Shown piece by piece: positions 20,576-28,399 of a stretch of DNA of 54,977 nucleotides. This DNA is from Bacteroidota bacterium (lineage in GTDB: Bacteria > Bacteroidota > Bacteroidia > UKL13-3). The DNA lies in the NCBI GenBank assembly GCA_947481365.1, contig CANKGI010000001.1, positions 1 through 54,977 on the forward strand. The letters run 5' to 3'. The stretch's first letter is position 1; each line of letters starts with the position of its first letter. Made by a program: the position numbers and the translations under genes. The notes beneath the pieces were generated by a model. The model was not told the origin of the DNA. It searched no databases and worked only from the letters and a program-made list of their open reading frames with translations.

Positions 20576-21543
20576 TTAAAAATAGCCAATCCTACAAAAA
20601 GTAAATTTAGAAAAACGTAAGCGCTTAATAAAATTCTGGCAGTTAATTTATCTATTCTATTTGCCTTTTCAAGTTTATCTTCTTTTAATAATTTTAGTGC
20701 ATAAACTGATAGCGAAATAGTAACCAGAATTGAAATAAATGTGAAAGCATGAAGCGAATCGACTAAAGTAAAGTTTGACGATTCGGGTAAAAGAGAATCA
20801 ATAATATATTTGTTTCCAACTGCTGCGAATAATGCGCCAACACTAAGTCCAAAGCGAGAGTCAATATTATCAGCATGAATAAAAATGCTCACATAAGTAA
20901 TTAGAAATGCCACATACATTCCTAAAAATAACTTTAAAAACAATCCCCAAGCATTTCGTTCAATATCCAACTCAATCATATATTTCCCGTACTCCGAATG
21001 AGGTGTTTTTTGAGATACATCACCAAAAGCAGTTTCGTAATTTTGTATGCCAGTTGAAATACTAATTTTTGCGATATCCCAGCCACTTACCGTTAGTTTA
21101 GGGTCGAATTGTTTGCCATTTGTATCGGCAACAAAAACTAAACTTTTCGAATCGAATTGTGAGTTCTCAATGTGTATTTTAAGTTTCTGTTTGTCGAACG
21201 GATAATTATGAACTCTCCAAGATTGTTTCATCACACATTTCAATTTCATAATCGTAAAAATTTCTCCATCTGTTGAATCTGTAGTAATATCTGAGATGAT
21301 AAAAGATTTTGAATTGGGTATTTCAATGTTTTTTGCGAATTTAAATTCAGGATTTTTATAACGCATCCAAACCCAGAAATTAATAGAATATTCTCGTTCA
21401 TGAAAATCAATATCGTGAACGCTGATGATGTAGATTCCTGTTTTAACAGTATCAGCTTTTTGAATGTCGTCTGCTAAAAGTTTTACGGGAGTGAATGTCG
21501 TTAGTAAAAAACAAAAGAGGAAAATTTTATTCAATAATTTCAT
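20572..21543 (-). CDS. Prokaryotic pentameric ligand-gated ion channel (Cys-loop receptor family) homolog
   Basis: 323 aa counted from the ATG at 21543 ('MKLLNKIFLFCFLL' signal peptide). A beta-rich ectodomain carries the family signature 'HNYPFDKQKL'. It is followed by four TM helices (M1 'LFLKLFLGMYVAFLITYVSIFI', M2 'FGLSVGALFAAVGNKYII', M3, M4) with a very short M3-M4 loop. Confidence 0.75.
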   Translation of the reverse strand: MKLLNKIFLFCFLLTTFTPVKLLADDIQKADTVKTGIYIISVHDIDFHEREYSINFWVWMRYKNPEFKFAKNIEIPNSKSFIISDITTDSTDGEIFTIMKLKCVMKQSWRVHNYPFDKQKLKIHIENSQFDSKSLVFVADTNGKQFDPKLTVSGWDIAKISISTGIQNYETAFGDVSQKTPHSEYGKYMIELDIERNAWGLFLKLFLGMYVAFLITYVSIFIHADNIDSRFGLSVGALFAAVGNKYIIDSLLPESSNFTLVDSLHAFTFISILVTISLSVYALKLLKEDKLEKANRIDKLTARILLSAYVFLNLLFVGLAIFN

Positions 21544-21582
21544 TTTGAGTGATTTGCGTAGTAAATCGTATTTCAAAAAAAA

Positions 21583-21677
21583 GGGCAAGCCCCAATATCG
21601 CACCGCTACAACCAAACACCCTTGCTTCATTCCTGACCTGGGGGATTCATTGGGAGCTGGTCGTATAAGACTTACCC
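21583..21677 (-). ncRNA. ffs: Signal recognition particle RNA (small bacterial 4.5S type)
   Basis: The minus-strand RNA reads GGGUAAGUC...CCAGGUCAGGAAUGAAGCAAGGG...GGCUUGCCC. The core CAGGUCA-GGAA-UGAAGCA matches the E. coli 4.5S helix-8 motif CAGGUCC-GGAA-GGAAGCA, with a compensatory C-G to A-U change. The 5' GGGUAAGUC pairs with the 3' GGCUUGCCC. A run of 8 U follows. A canonical promoter sits directly upstream. Confidence 0.85.
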
Positions 21678-21682
21678 GAGCG

Positions 21683-21713
21683 CAAAAGTACATTTTTCTG
21701 CTTAACTGACAAA
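21683..21713 (-). promoter_or_regulatory. Canonical Bacteroidota promoter of ffs (TTTG-N19-TACTTTTG)
   Basis: On the minus strand: TTTG (21713-21710), a 19-nt spacer, then TACTTTTG (21690-21683). The box ends 6 nt before the predicted RNA 5' end at 21677. Confidence 0.7.
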
Positions 21714-21754
21714 CCTCATTTAAAATTGGTTTACGAATGATAGATTTGCATTAT

Positions 21755-21803
21755 GGACGACAGTCCACGGTCAACAGTCGACTGTGGACTGTGGACAGTT
21801 GAC
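21755..21803. repeat. GC-rich GGAC/GTCC composite repeat
   Basis: ggacgacagtccacggtcaacagtcgactgtggactgtggacagttgac. It contains tandem tgtggac x2, the inverted pair cagtccac/gtggactg, the inverted pair gtcaac/gttgac, and a central gtcgac palindrome. It is much more GC-rich than its surroundings. Confidence 0.6.
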
Positions 21804-21817
21804 TAAAGAAAAATAAC

Positions 21818-23437
21818 ATGCAAGAATTATTAAAAGAAATGCACGAACGTCTGCTTAAAATTTATGAAGGCGGAGGAAAAAAAGCAGCAGCAAAGCAAAA
21901 AGAAAAAGGGAAAATGCTTGCACGCGAGCGTGTGGAATATTTGCTTGATAATGATAAACCAAGTATTGAAATAGGTGCATTCGCAGGATTTGAAATGTAC
22001 GAAGAACACGGAGGTTGTGTTGCAGGTGGCGTGATTGTGATGATGGGATATGTGAGCGGAAGACAATGTATAATAGTTGCTAATGATGCCACGGTAAAAG
22101 CAGGCGCTTGGTTTCCAATTACAGGAAAGAAAAATTTACGTGCTCAGGAGATATCAATTGAAAACCGTTTGCCAATTATTTATTTGGTTGATAGTGCTGG
22201 TGTTTATTTGCCAATGCAAGATGAAATTTTTCCGGATAAAGAAAACTTCGGACGAATTTTTAGAAACAATGCTGTGATGAGTTCGATGGGAATAACTCAG
22301 ATTGCAGCGGTAATGGGAAGTTGTGTTGCTGGTGGTGCTTATCTGCCAATTATGAGTGATGAGGCCATGATTGTAGATAAAACAGGTTCCATTTTTTTGG
22401 CAGGATCGTATTTGGTAAAAGCAGCTGTTGGTGAAGATATTGATAACGAAACTTTAGGTGGTGCTACAACACATTGCGAAATATCTGGAGTAACAGATTA
22501 TAAATTTCCTGATGATGCATCGTGTTTAGATCGCATAAAAAGCATCATGTCCAAAATTGGTGATTTTGATAAAGCAGGATTTAACCGCATCGATCCAAAA
22601 GCACCCAAAATTGAAATGAAAAATGTGTATGAAGTAATTGGTAGCATGAACAAACCTTTTGATGTGATTGAAATTATCGACAGATTGGTTGATGCAGATT
22701 CGTTTGAGCAATACAAAGAACTTTATGGTAAAACAATTCTTTGTGGTTACGCGCGAATAGATGGATGGGCAGTTGGTATTGTTGCAAATAATCGTCAAGT
22801 AGTAAAAGCCAAAAAGCCAAAACAAAGTGCAAACGATAATCCAATGGAAATGCAAATTGGTGGAGTTATTTATTCTGATTCGGCTGAGAAAGCAGCTCAT
22901 TTTATCATGAATTGTAATCAGAAAAAAATTCCATTATTGTTTTTGCAAGATGTTACCGGATTTATGGTTGGAAGTAGAAGTGAACATGGTGGAATAATAA
23001 AAGACGGTGCTAAAATGGTGAATGCACAAGCTAATTCTGTTGTTCCAAAATTTACTGTGGTTACCGGAAATTCATACGGTGCCGGTAATTATGCTATGTG
23101 CGGAAAAGCTTATGATCCAAGATTGATTGTTGCATGGCCAAGTGCAAATATTGCTGTGATGGGCGGAGCGCAAGCAGCAAAAGTTTTATTACAAATAGAA
23201 GAGGCTAGTTTAAAATCAAAAGGTGAAGTCATTACTCCCGAAAATGAAGCAGAGCTATTGAAAAAAATTACCGACAGGTATACCAAGCAAACGAAACCAT
23301 ATTACGCAGCAGCTCGTTTATGGGTTGATGCTATTATTGATCCTGAGGAAACACGCAAATGGGTTAGCATGGGAATTGAAGCAGCCAATAATGCTCCAAT
23401 TACAAAAGCATATAACCCCGGTGTGATAAGGACGTAA
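21818..23437 (+). CDS. Acyl-CoA carboxylase carboxyltransferase (beta) subunit, methylcrotonyl-/propionyl-CoA carboxylase type
   Basis: 539 aa. 'GGGKKAAAKQKEKGKMLARERVEYLLD', two carboxyltransferase halves, and 'VVTGNSYGAGNYAMCG'. Confidence 0.85.
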   Translation: MQELLKEMHERLLKIYEGGGKKAAAKQKEKGKMLARERVEYLLDNDKPSIEIGAFAGFEMYEEHGGCVAGGVIVMMGYVSGRQCIIVANDATVKAGAWFPITGKKNLRAQEISIENRLPIIYLVDSAGVYLPMQDEIFPDKENFGRIFRNNAVMSSMGITQIAAVMGSCVAGGAYLPIMSDEAMIVDKTGSIFLAGSYLVKAAVGEDIDNETLGGATTHCEISGVTDYKFPDDASCLDRIKSIMSKIGDFDKAGFNRIDPKAPKIEMKNVYEVIGSMNKPFDVIEIIDRLVDADSFEQYKELYGKTILCGYARIDGWAVGIVANNRQVVKAKKPKQSANDNPMEMQIGGVIYSDSAEKAAHFIMNCNQKKIPLLFLQDVTGFMVGSRSEHGGIIKDGAKMVNAQANSVVPKFTVVTGNSYGAGNYAMCGKAYDPRLIVAWPSANIAVMGGAQAAKVLLQIEEASLKSKGEVITPENEAELLKKITDRYTKQTKPYYAAARLWVDAIIDPEETRKWVSMGIEAANNAPITKAYNPGVIRT

Positions 23438-23439
23438 AT

Positions 23440-23465
23440 CGTCAGACGCATTTCGCGTCAGACGG
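23440..23465 (+). repeat. REP-like hairpin, left copy
   Basis: gtcagacgc-atttc-gcgtcagac forms a 9-position stem with one internal A.A mismatch and a 5-nt loop. Confidence 0.7.
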
Positions 23466-23483
23466 TTATAAAAACGCTATGAT

Positions 23484-24068
23484 ATGCATTTTGAAACAGA
23501 TCAAATTTATCATGTTTACAATCAAGGAAACAATCGGCAACAATTGTTTTATTCGGACGAAAATTATCAATATTTTCTCAGATTATACAGGAAATTTATT
23601 TTTGGTAAAGCAGATCTTCTAGCTTACTGTTTAATGCCAAATCATTTTCATTTATTAATAAATACAACCTCTGAATCAGTTAAGATGAAACAAGTAGGAA
23701 GTTTACAATTAACTGAATTATCTAATGGAATAAGAATGATGCTTACGTCTTATTCGTCAGCTATTAACAAGCAGTTGGGCAATACAGGTTCTCAGTTTAG
23801 ACAAAAGACAAAAGCAAAATTGCTTGATAGTAATAATATAAATTATCCTTTTGTTTGTTTCAATTATATTCATCAAAACCCTTTGCGTTCAGGATTGGTA
23901 GGTAGAATGGAGAGTTGGGAGTTTTCATCATTTAGAGACTTTGCAGGTTTGAGAAACAATTCAATTTGTAATATTGAATTGGCGAAAAGAATATTAGACT
24001 TTGATGAAAATAATTTTATTGAAGAATCTTATCGAGTAATTAATTCAGATTTAATTAATACTTTGTAA
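23484..24068 (+). CDS. REP-associated tyrosine transposase (RAYT; IS200/IS605-like Y1 HuH transposase family)
   Basis: 194 aa. HuH motif 'LMPNHFHLLI' and the catalytic Tyr motif 'NYIHQNPLRSGLV'. The N-terminal 'YHVYNQGNNRQQLF' is typical of this family. Confidence 0.75.
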   Translation: MHFETDQIYHVYNQGNNRQQLFYSDENYQYFLRLYRKFIFGKADLLAYCLMPNHFHLLINTTSESVKMKQVGSLQLTELSNGIRMMLTSYSSAINKQLGNTGSQFRQKTKAKLLDSNNINYPFVCFNYIHQNPLRSGLVGRMESWEFSSFRDFAGLRNNSICNIELAKRILDFDENNFIEESYRVINSDLINTL

Positions 24069-24071
24069 TAG

Positions 24072-24097
24072 CGGTCTGACGCTAAATGCGTCTGACC
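24072..24097 (-). repeat. REP-like hairpin, right copy (inverted orientation)
   Basis: gtctgacgc-taaat-gcgtctgac has the same 9-position stem, with a T.T mismatch at the equivalent position. Confidence 0.7.
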
Positions 24098-24106
24098 ACA
24101 TTAGCA

Positions 24107-24568
24107 TCAAGAAATATTTTTCACTGTAAATTCTTTTGAATTAAATAAAAATTGATTGCCAATTTTCTTGCTCATCATTTCTTTTGCCAAGGGAGATTTT
24201 GGCGATAGTACAATTATTTTTTGTTTCTCAATTTCAAGCACACCAATTCCAACTGCAATAAAATAAATACCATTACTGGTTTCAATAAGCGAACCAATTT
24301 GTGCCGACTCTGAAATGTAATCAAGATCTATTTTGATAATAGATTGTAATTCACTTTGAGCTTCAACCAATTGTTTGGCATTCATATCACGGTCAAGTTG
24401 CCCCATAGCTCTTGCGGTTTCATATTTATCACCGGCACTGCTTTTATCATCACTGTTTGCAGCTTCTTGAGCAGCATTCATCGCAATACGGTAATCACTT
24501 ATTCGCGCTTCTAGCAAACGGATACACTCATTATAAATAGTATGTTTTAGCGAATTATTCATTTTCAT
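24107..24568 (-). CDS. GreA/GreB-family C-terminal-domain protein with an N-terminal coiled coil
   Basis: 153 aa. The helical N-terminal half is followed by 'IVLSPKSPLAKEMMSKKIGNQF', which resembles the GreA C-terminal motif 'IS..SPLG.AL.GKKVGD'. Confidence 0.55.
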   Translation of the reverse strand: MKMNNSLKHTIYNECIRLLEARISDYRIAMNAAQEAANSDDKSSAGDKYETARAMGQLDRDMNAKQLVEAQSELQSIIKIDLDYISESAQIGSLIETSNGIYFIAVGIGVLEIEKQKIIVLSPKSPLAKEMMSKKIGNQFLFNSKEFTVKNIS

Positions 24569-24648
24569 TTAGTGAGTAAAAATAATCTACAATATGTTGT
24601 AAATACAAATTTTATTTAATCAATCGAAATACGTTCTTTGTTGTAACA

Positions 24649-25548
24649 ATGAAGAATATCAGGTATCATATTTATGCAGCACCTTTTTACGCATTTGTAT
24701 TTGTGCCTTTTTGGTTATTGTATCTCATTTCGGATTTTTTCTTTGTTGTTATTTATTACATAATAGGTTACAGGAAGCATGTTGTTTTAACAAACCTTAG
24801 AAATTCGTTTCCCCAAAAAACAGATGAGGAGTTGGAAACGATTATGCGTAAATTTTACATTCATTTTTGTGATATGTTTCTCGAAACGATAAAGTCGTTA
24901 ACCATGTCGAGAACGCAATTAAAAATGAGGTATCCGATTGATGATGACTCATTAAAATTAGCTCATCAATTGCACGCTAAAAATCAAAGTGTCATTATTG
25001 TGATGGGGCATTTTGGTCAATGGGAAGTTGGTGGACAATCATTCTCGGTTGAAAGTCCGTTTCAACTTTTTGCCATATATCATCCGTTAAAGAATAAATT
25101 TTTCGATTGGCTTTTTAATTATATCCGCACACATGTTGGAACAAAAATGATTTCGATGAGTAATACTATTCGTGAAATGATAAAGAATAAAGATATTGTT
25201 GGAGGGTATACTTTTATTGCCGATCAAACACCTTCAAATTCGAAAGAAGCATACTGGACAACTTTTCTAAACCAAGATACACCTGTACTTTGGGGAACCG
25301 AAAAATTAGCTAAGAAATTTGATTACCCTGTTGTGTTTGCAAGTGTTCGGAAAATCAAACGTGGTTATTACAAAGTGTTTTTAGAAATGCTTTGCGAAAA
25401 TCCAAAGAACACAGATGACGGGTATATAACAGCACTTCATACCAAAAAACTCGAACAGGAAATTATCAATCAACCGGAGATTTGGTTGTGGAGTCATCGT
25501 AGATGGAAACACACAAGGGCTAAAATTAATCAGGCTTTCCAGATATAA
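24649..25548 (+). CDS. Lipid A biosynthesis (LpxL/HtrB-family) late acyltransferase
   Basis: 299 aa. N-terminal TM anchor, 'MGHFGQWE' (HX4E catalytic motif) and 'ADQ'. Size is typical for the family. Confidence 0.7.
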   Translation: MKNIRYHIYAAPFYAFVFVPFWLLYLISDFFFVVIYYIIGYRKHVVLTNLRNSFPQKTDEELETIMRKFYIHFCDMFLETIKSLTMSRTQLKMRYPIDDDSLKLAHQLHAKNQSVIIVMGHFGQWEVGGQSFSVESPFQLFAIYHPLKNKFFDWLFNYIRTHVGTKMISMSNTIREMIKNKDIVGGYTFIADQTPSNSKEAYWTTFLNQDTPVLWGTEKLAKKFDYPVVFASVRKIKRGYYKVFLEMLCENPKNTDDGYITALHTKKLEQEIINQPEIWLWSHRRWKHTRAKINQAFQI

Positions 25549-26611
25549 TTGGAACCTTGTCGAGGTAAGATGAATATTCCTTAATCTTTTCAGGAACTTT
25601 TAGTCGAAAGCCAAAATAGAGTTGTGCATTACCAATCATGTACTGTAAACTGTTTCCATTGGCAAGTTTAATATTGTAATTATCAGCTACGGTAGAAATT
25701 CCTGTGTAAAAAAAATCACTATTATATCCGAAGCCGGCTCTTCCCATGGCTCTAGGCAAAAAGAGATTGTTGGTTTTATTGTTTAATTCATTTCCTGAGT
25801 AAACATTAAACGATTGATATTGATACATTGCCCCTATTGAAATCGAGAGTGTTAAAAATAATCGTTGCTTTAAAACTAAGGTGTAAGAATATCCTGGTAA
25901 TATGCCGACAGATAAAAATTGACCATTAGCAAGTTTCGATACGTCCTGAAAAAACTCAGTTGAAAATCTTGGTATTAAGGATGAATCCGATTGAATGCTG
26001 TAATAAGATACCGAACCGTTTATAATGATAGAACCGGCCGATCTTTTTTGAATTTCATTATGTACAAATGTTGAGCGGTAGGAATACTTTTTAAAATTTA
26101 AAATATAATACACATTCGTACCAATCGTATTCGTGTGCAAATCGTTTCGCTGAGGAAATGGATCATTGGCATTTCTGTTTGGGTTTGATGCATGAATTCC
26201 CTCATTGTTGCTTACGTAATATCCTCTATAATCAAGATAATAGACGTCAAAACCTATTTTCTTTCCATATGAGTTAAGGATTACCGAAGTATAATTACTG
26301 GTTCCCTTTTTCTTTTCCTGTAAATTTGGAGGACCATATGTTAATGAAAAGCCAATCCATTTGTGCTGCAAATGCAAACCAAAACTTGGTCCTTCGTTTG
26401 GACTATATTCCAGTTTGTTTTTGTTTCCGTTAAAAGTAAATTTATTCGATGCTAATTGTACAAAAGGTGTAATGTTAATTTGATGTGTTAAATTCGCAAC
26501 GTAGAATGGTCGTATCGATTTCTGTGTTTGTAATACAGTATCAATTTGCCCATTAGTATTAATAGTTTTAATAAATAGAATAAGAAAGAAAACAGCGCCT
26601 TTAAATTTCAC
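25526..26611 (-). CDS. Putative outer-membrane beta-barrel protein (DUF4421-like)
   Basis: 361 aa. Signal peptide and alternating aromatic/Gly beta-strand pattern throughout. The 3' end overlaps the convergent acyltransferase gene by 23 nt. Confidence 0.4.
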   Translation of the reverse strand: MKFKGAVFFLILFIKTINTNGQIDTVLQTQKSIRPFYVANLTHQINITPFVQLASNKFTFNGNKNKLEYSPNEGPSFGLHLQHKWIGFSLTYGPPNLQEKKKGTSNYTSVILNSYGKKIGFDVYYLDYRGYYVSNNEGIHASNPNRNANDPFPQRNDLHTNTIGTNVYYILNFKKYSYRSTFVHNEIQKRSAGSIIINGSVSYYSIQSDSSLIPRFSTEFFQDVSKLANGQFLSVGILPGYSYTLVLKQRLFLTLSISIGAMYQYQSFNVYSGNELNNKTNNLFLPRAMGRAGFGYNSDFFYTGISTVADNYNIKLANGNSLQYMIGNAQLYFGFRLKVPEKIKEYSSYLDKVPIISGKPD

Positions 26612-26638
26612 ATTTTTACTTTAATCAAAGTTATTTAC

Positions 26639-28267
26639 ATGAGATATTTTTTCTACATTTATTTTTTAGCAATACTGTTAATAAGCTGCAATCAAAAGCA
26701 AAAAGCAGACAGTATTTTTTATCATGCACGAATATACACTATTGATTCAGTAGACTCACGAGCTACTGCATTTGCTGTAAAAGACGGGAAAATTATTGCA
26801 GTTGGGTTTGATAAAAAAATAATCAATGATTTTGATGCAGCAGAAAAAGTTGACTTGCAAAATAACTTTGTCTATCCGGGATTAATAGATGCACACTCGC
26901 ATTTTTATGGTTTAGGTGTTTTTCAGCAATCGGTTGATTTAACTGAAACAAAATCGTGGGATGAAGTAATCCAAAAGTGCAGCACCTATTTTCAAACACA
27001 TCAAAACAATTATTTAATAGGTAGAGGTTGGGATCAGAATAAGTGGCCAAATAAAAATTATCCCAATAATGATGAACTCAACAAACTGTTCCCAAATATT
27101 CCGGTTTTGTTAAAACGTGTTGACGGACATGCTGCCATTGCAAATGATTTTTTATTGAAGCAAGCAGCCATCAGTTTAAAAACTAAAATAAGTGGAGGAG
27201 AAGTTCTTAGCATTAACAATAAAGTTACAGGTGTTTTAATTGATAATGCAGTTGATTTAGTCCAGCAAAAAATGCCGCATCTTTCATTGCAACAAAAAAT
27301 TGATGCACTTAAAACTGCCGAAAAAATTTGTTTCGAAAATGGTTTAACCACAATTTGTGATGCCGGTTTAGATAAAGAAATGATTGACTTGATTGATTCG
27401 CTACAAAAATGCAATCAACTTTCAATAAGAGTTTATGCGATGATCAATGCTGACGAGAAAAATTTAAATTACTATTTGAAAATTAAACCATATAAAACCG
27501 ATAAGTTAAATGCAGGTAGTTTTAAAATGTATGCAGATGGATCTCTTGGTTCGCGTGGAGCTGCTTTGCTTCAACCATACTCCGATATGCATAATCATTA
27601 TGGTTTTTTGTTGAATTCGATTGCAGATTTAGAGAAAACTGTTAAACGCATTTCCGAAAGTAGTTATCAATTAAATACGCATTGCATTGGCGATTCGGCA
27701 AACCGACTCGTTTTAAAATTGTATGCAAAATATTTGAAAGTGAAGAATGATAAACGCTGGAGAATTGAACATGCACAGGTTATTAATGAAAATGATTTTG
27801 AGATTTATAAACAATTTTCAATCATTCCTTCGGTTCAGCCAACACATGCTACAAGCGATATGTATTGGGCATCCGGGCGTTTAGGAAATGAAAGAATTAA
27901 AAATGCATATGCATATAAAAAATTATTGAATCAAAATGGTTGGCTTCCACTCGGTACAGATTTTCCGGTTGAGTCGGTTAATCCTTTCTATACTTTTTAT
28001 GCTGCCATTGCAAGAAAAGATGCACACCAGTTTCCTGAAAATGGATTTCAAAATGAAAATGCTTTAACACGCGAAGAAGCATTAAAAGGAATGACGATAT
28101 GGGCTGCCAAAGCAGCATTCGAAGAACACGAAAAAGGAAGTCTTGAACTCGGTAAATTTGCCGATTTTATCGTGCTCAAATTTGATTTATTAAAAGATGA
28201 TTTATCTGTCATCAGAAACACCAAACCCGAATTGGTTTATATAAATGGTGTAAACGCGATTCACTAA
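26639..28267 (+). CDS. Metal-dependent amidohydrolase (Amidohydro_3 / YtcJ-like)
   Basis: 542 aa. Lipoprotein-like signal ('LLISCNQ') and 'PGLIDAHSHF' metal-binding motif. Later 'HCIGD', 'RIEHAQ' and 'GTDFPVE'. Confidence 0.75.
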   Translation: MRYFFYIYFLAILLISCNQKQKADSIFYHARIYTIDSVDSRATAFAVKDGKIIAVGFDKKIINDFDAAEKVDLQNNFVYPGLIDAHSHFYGLGVFQQSVDLTETKSWDEVIQKCSTYFQTHQNNYLIGRGWDQNKWPNKNYPNNDELNKLFPNIPVLLKRVDGHAAIANDFLLKQAAISLKTKISGGEVLSINNKVTGVLIDNAVDLVQQKMPHLSLQQKIDALKTAEKICFENGLTTICDAGLDKEMIDLIDSLQKCNQLSIRVYAMINADEKNLNYYLKIKPYKTDKLNAGSFKMYADGSLGSRGAALLQPYSDMHNHYGFLLNSIADLEKTVKRISESSYQLNTHCIGDSANRLVLKLYAKYLKVKNDKRWRIEHAQVINENDFEIYKQFSIIPSVQPTHATSDMYWASGRLGNERIKNAYAYKKLLNQNGWLPLGTDFPVESVNPFYTFYAAIARKDAHQFPENGFQNENALTREEALKGMTIWAAKAAFEEHEKGSLELGKFADFIVLKFDLLKDDLSVIRNTKPELVYINGVNAIH

Positions 28268-28336
28268 GGGAAAAGGTTTTTCTAATTCGTAAAAAAATAA
28301 AGCTTTAAAATTCAACGAATTATAATATTATTTCAT

Positions 28337-28373
28337 AATCTATGTAGATACATTAAATGTATATACATAGATT
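28337..28373. promoter_or_regulatory. 37-bp near-perfect palindrome, a candidate MarR operator, overlapping a TAnnTTTG -7 box
   Basis: aatctatgtagatacattaaatgtatatacatagatt has 17 of 18 arm positions complementary around a central A. The right arm contains TAGATTTG (28368-28375), 25 nt upstream of the marR-family ATG. Confidence 0.6.
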
Positions 28374-28399
28374 TGTTGTCGAATTCATACGAATAATTC

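Larger units (their letters stand above)
23440..24097 (+). mobile_element. RAYT cassette: Y1 (HuH) transposase gene flanked by inverted REP-like imperfect hairpins
   Basis: The 26-nt left element (23440-23465, cgtcagacgcatttcgcgtcagacgg) matches the reverse complement of the right element (24072-24097, cggtctgacgctaaatgcgtctgacc) at 23/26 positions. The gene lies between them. Confidence 0.7.

Noticed and set aside
21544-21693. A 50-codon N-terminal extension of the ion-channel ORF (track start at 21693), and the overlapping plus-strand 81-aa ORF 21464-21709.
   Set aside because: The extension is the translation of the SRP RNA gene and its promoter. The downstream ATG at 21543 begins a proper signal peptide. 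The plus-strand ORF is an antisense shadow.
22526-22900. A 124-aa antisense ORF inside the acyl-CoA carboxylase gene. There are many similar 60-120-aa nested or antisense ORFs in the track, for example 110-325, 980-1213, 8163-8420, 11737-12104, 14226-14823, 27058-27414, 30299-30598, 38432-38731, 40830-41102, 42025-42816, 51834-52136 and 53940-54818.
   Set aside because: All lie within, or antisense to, strongly supported genes. They are low-complexity and Cys/Phe/Ile/Lys-rich, as expected from AT-rich shadow frames. None has a recognisable motif.
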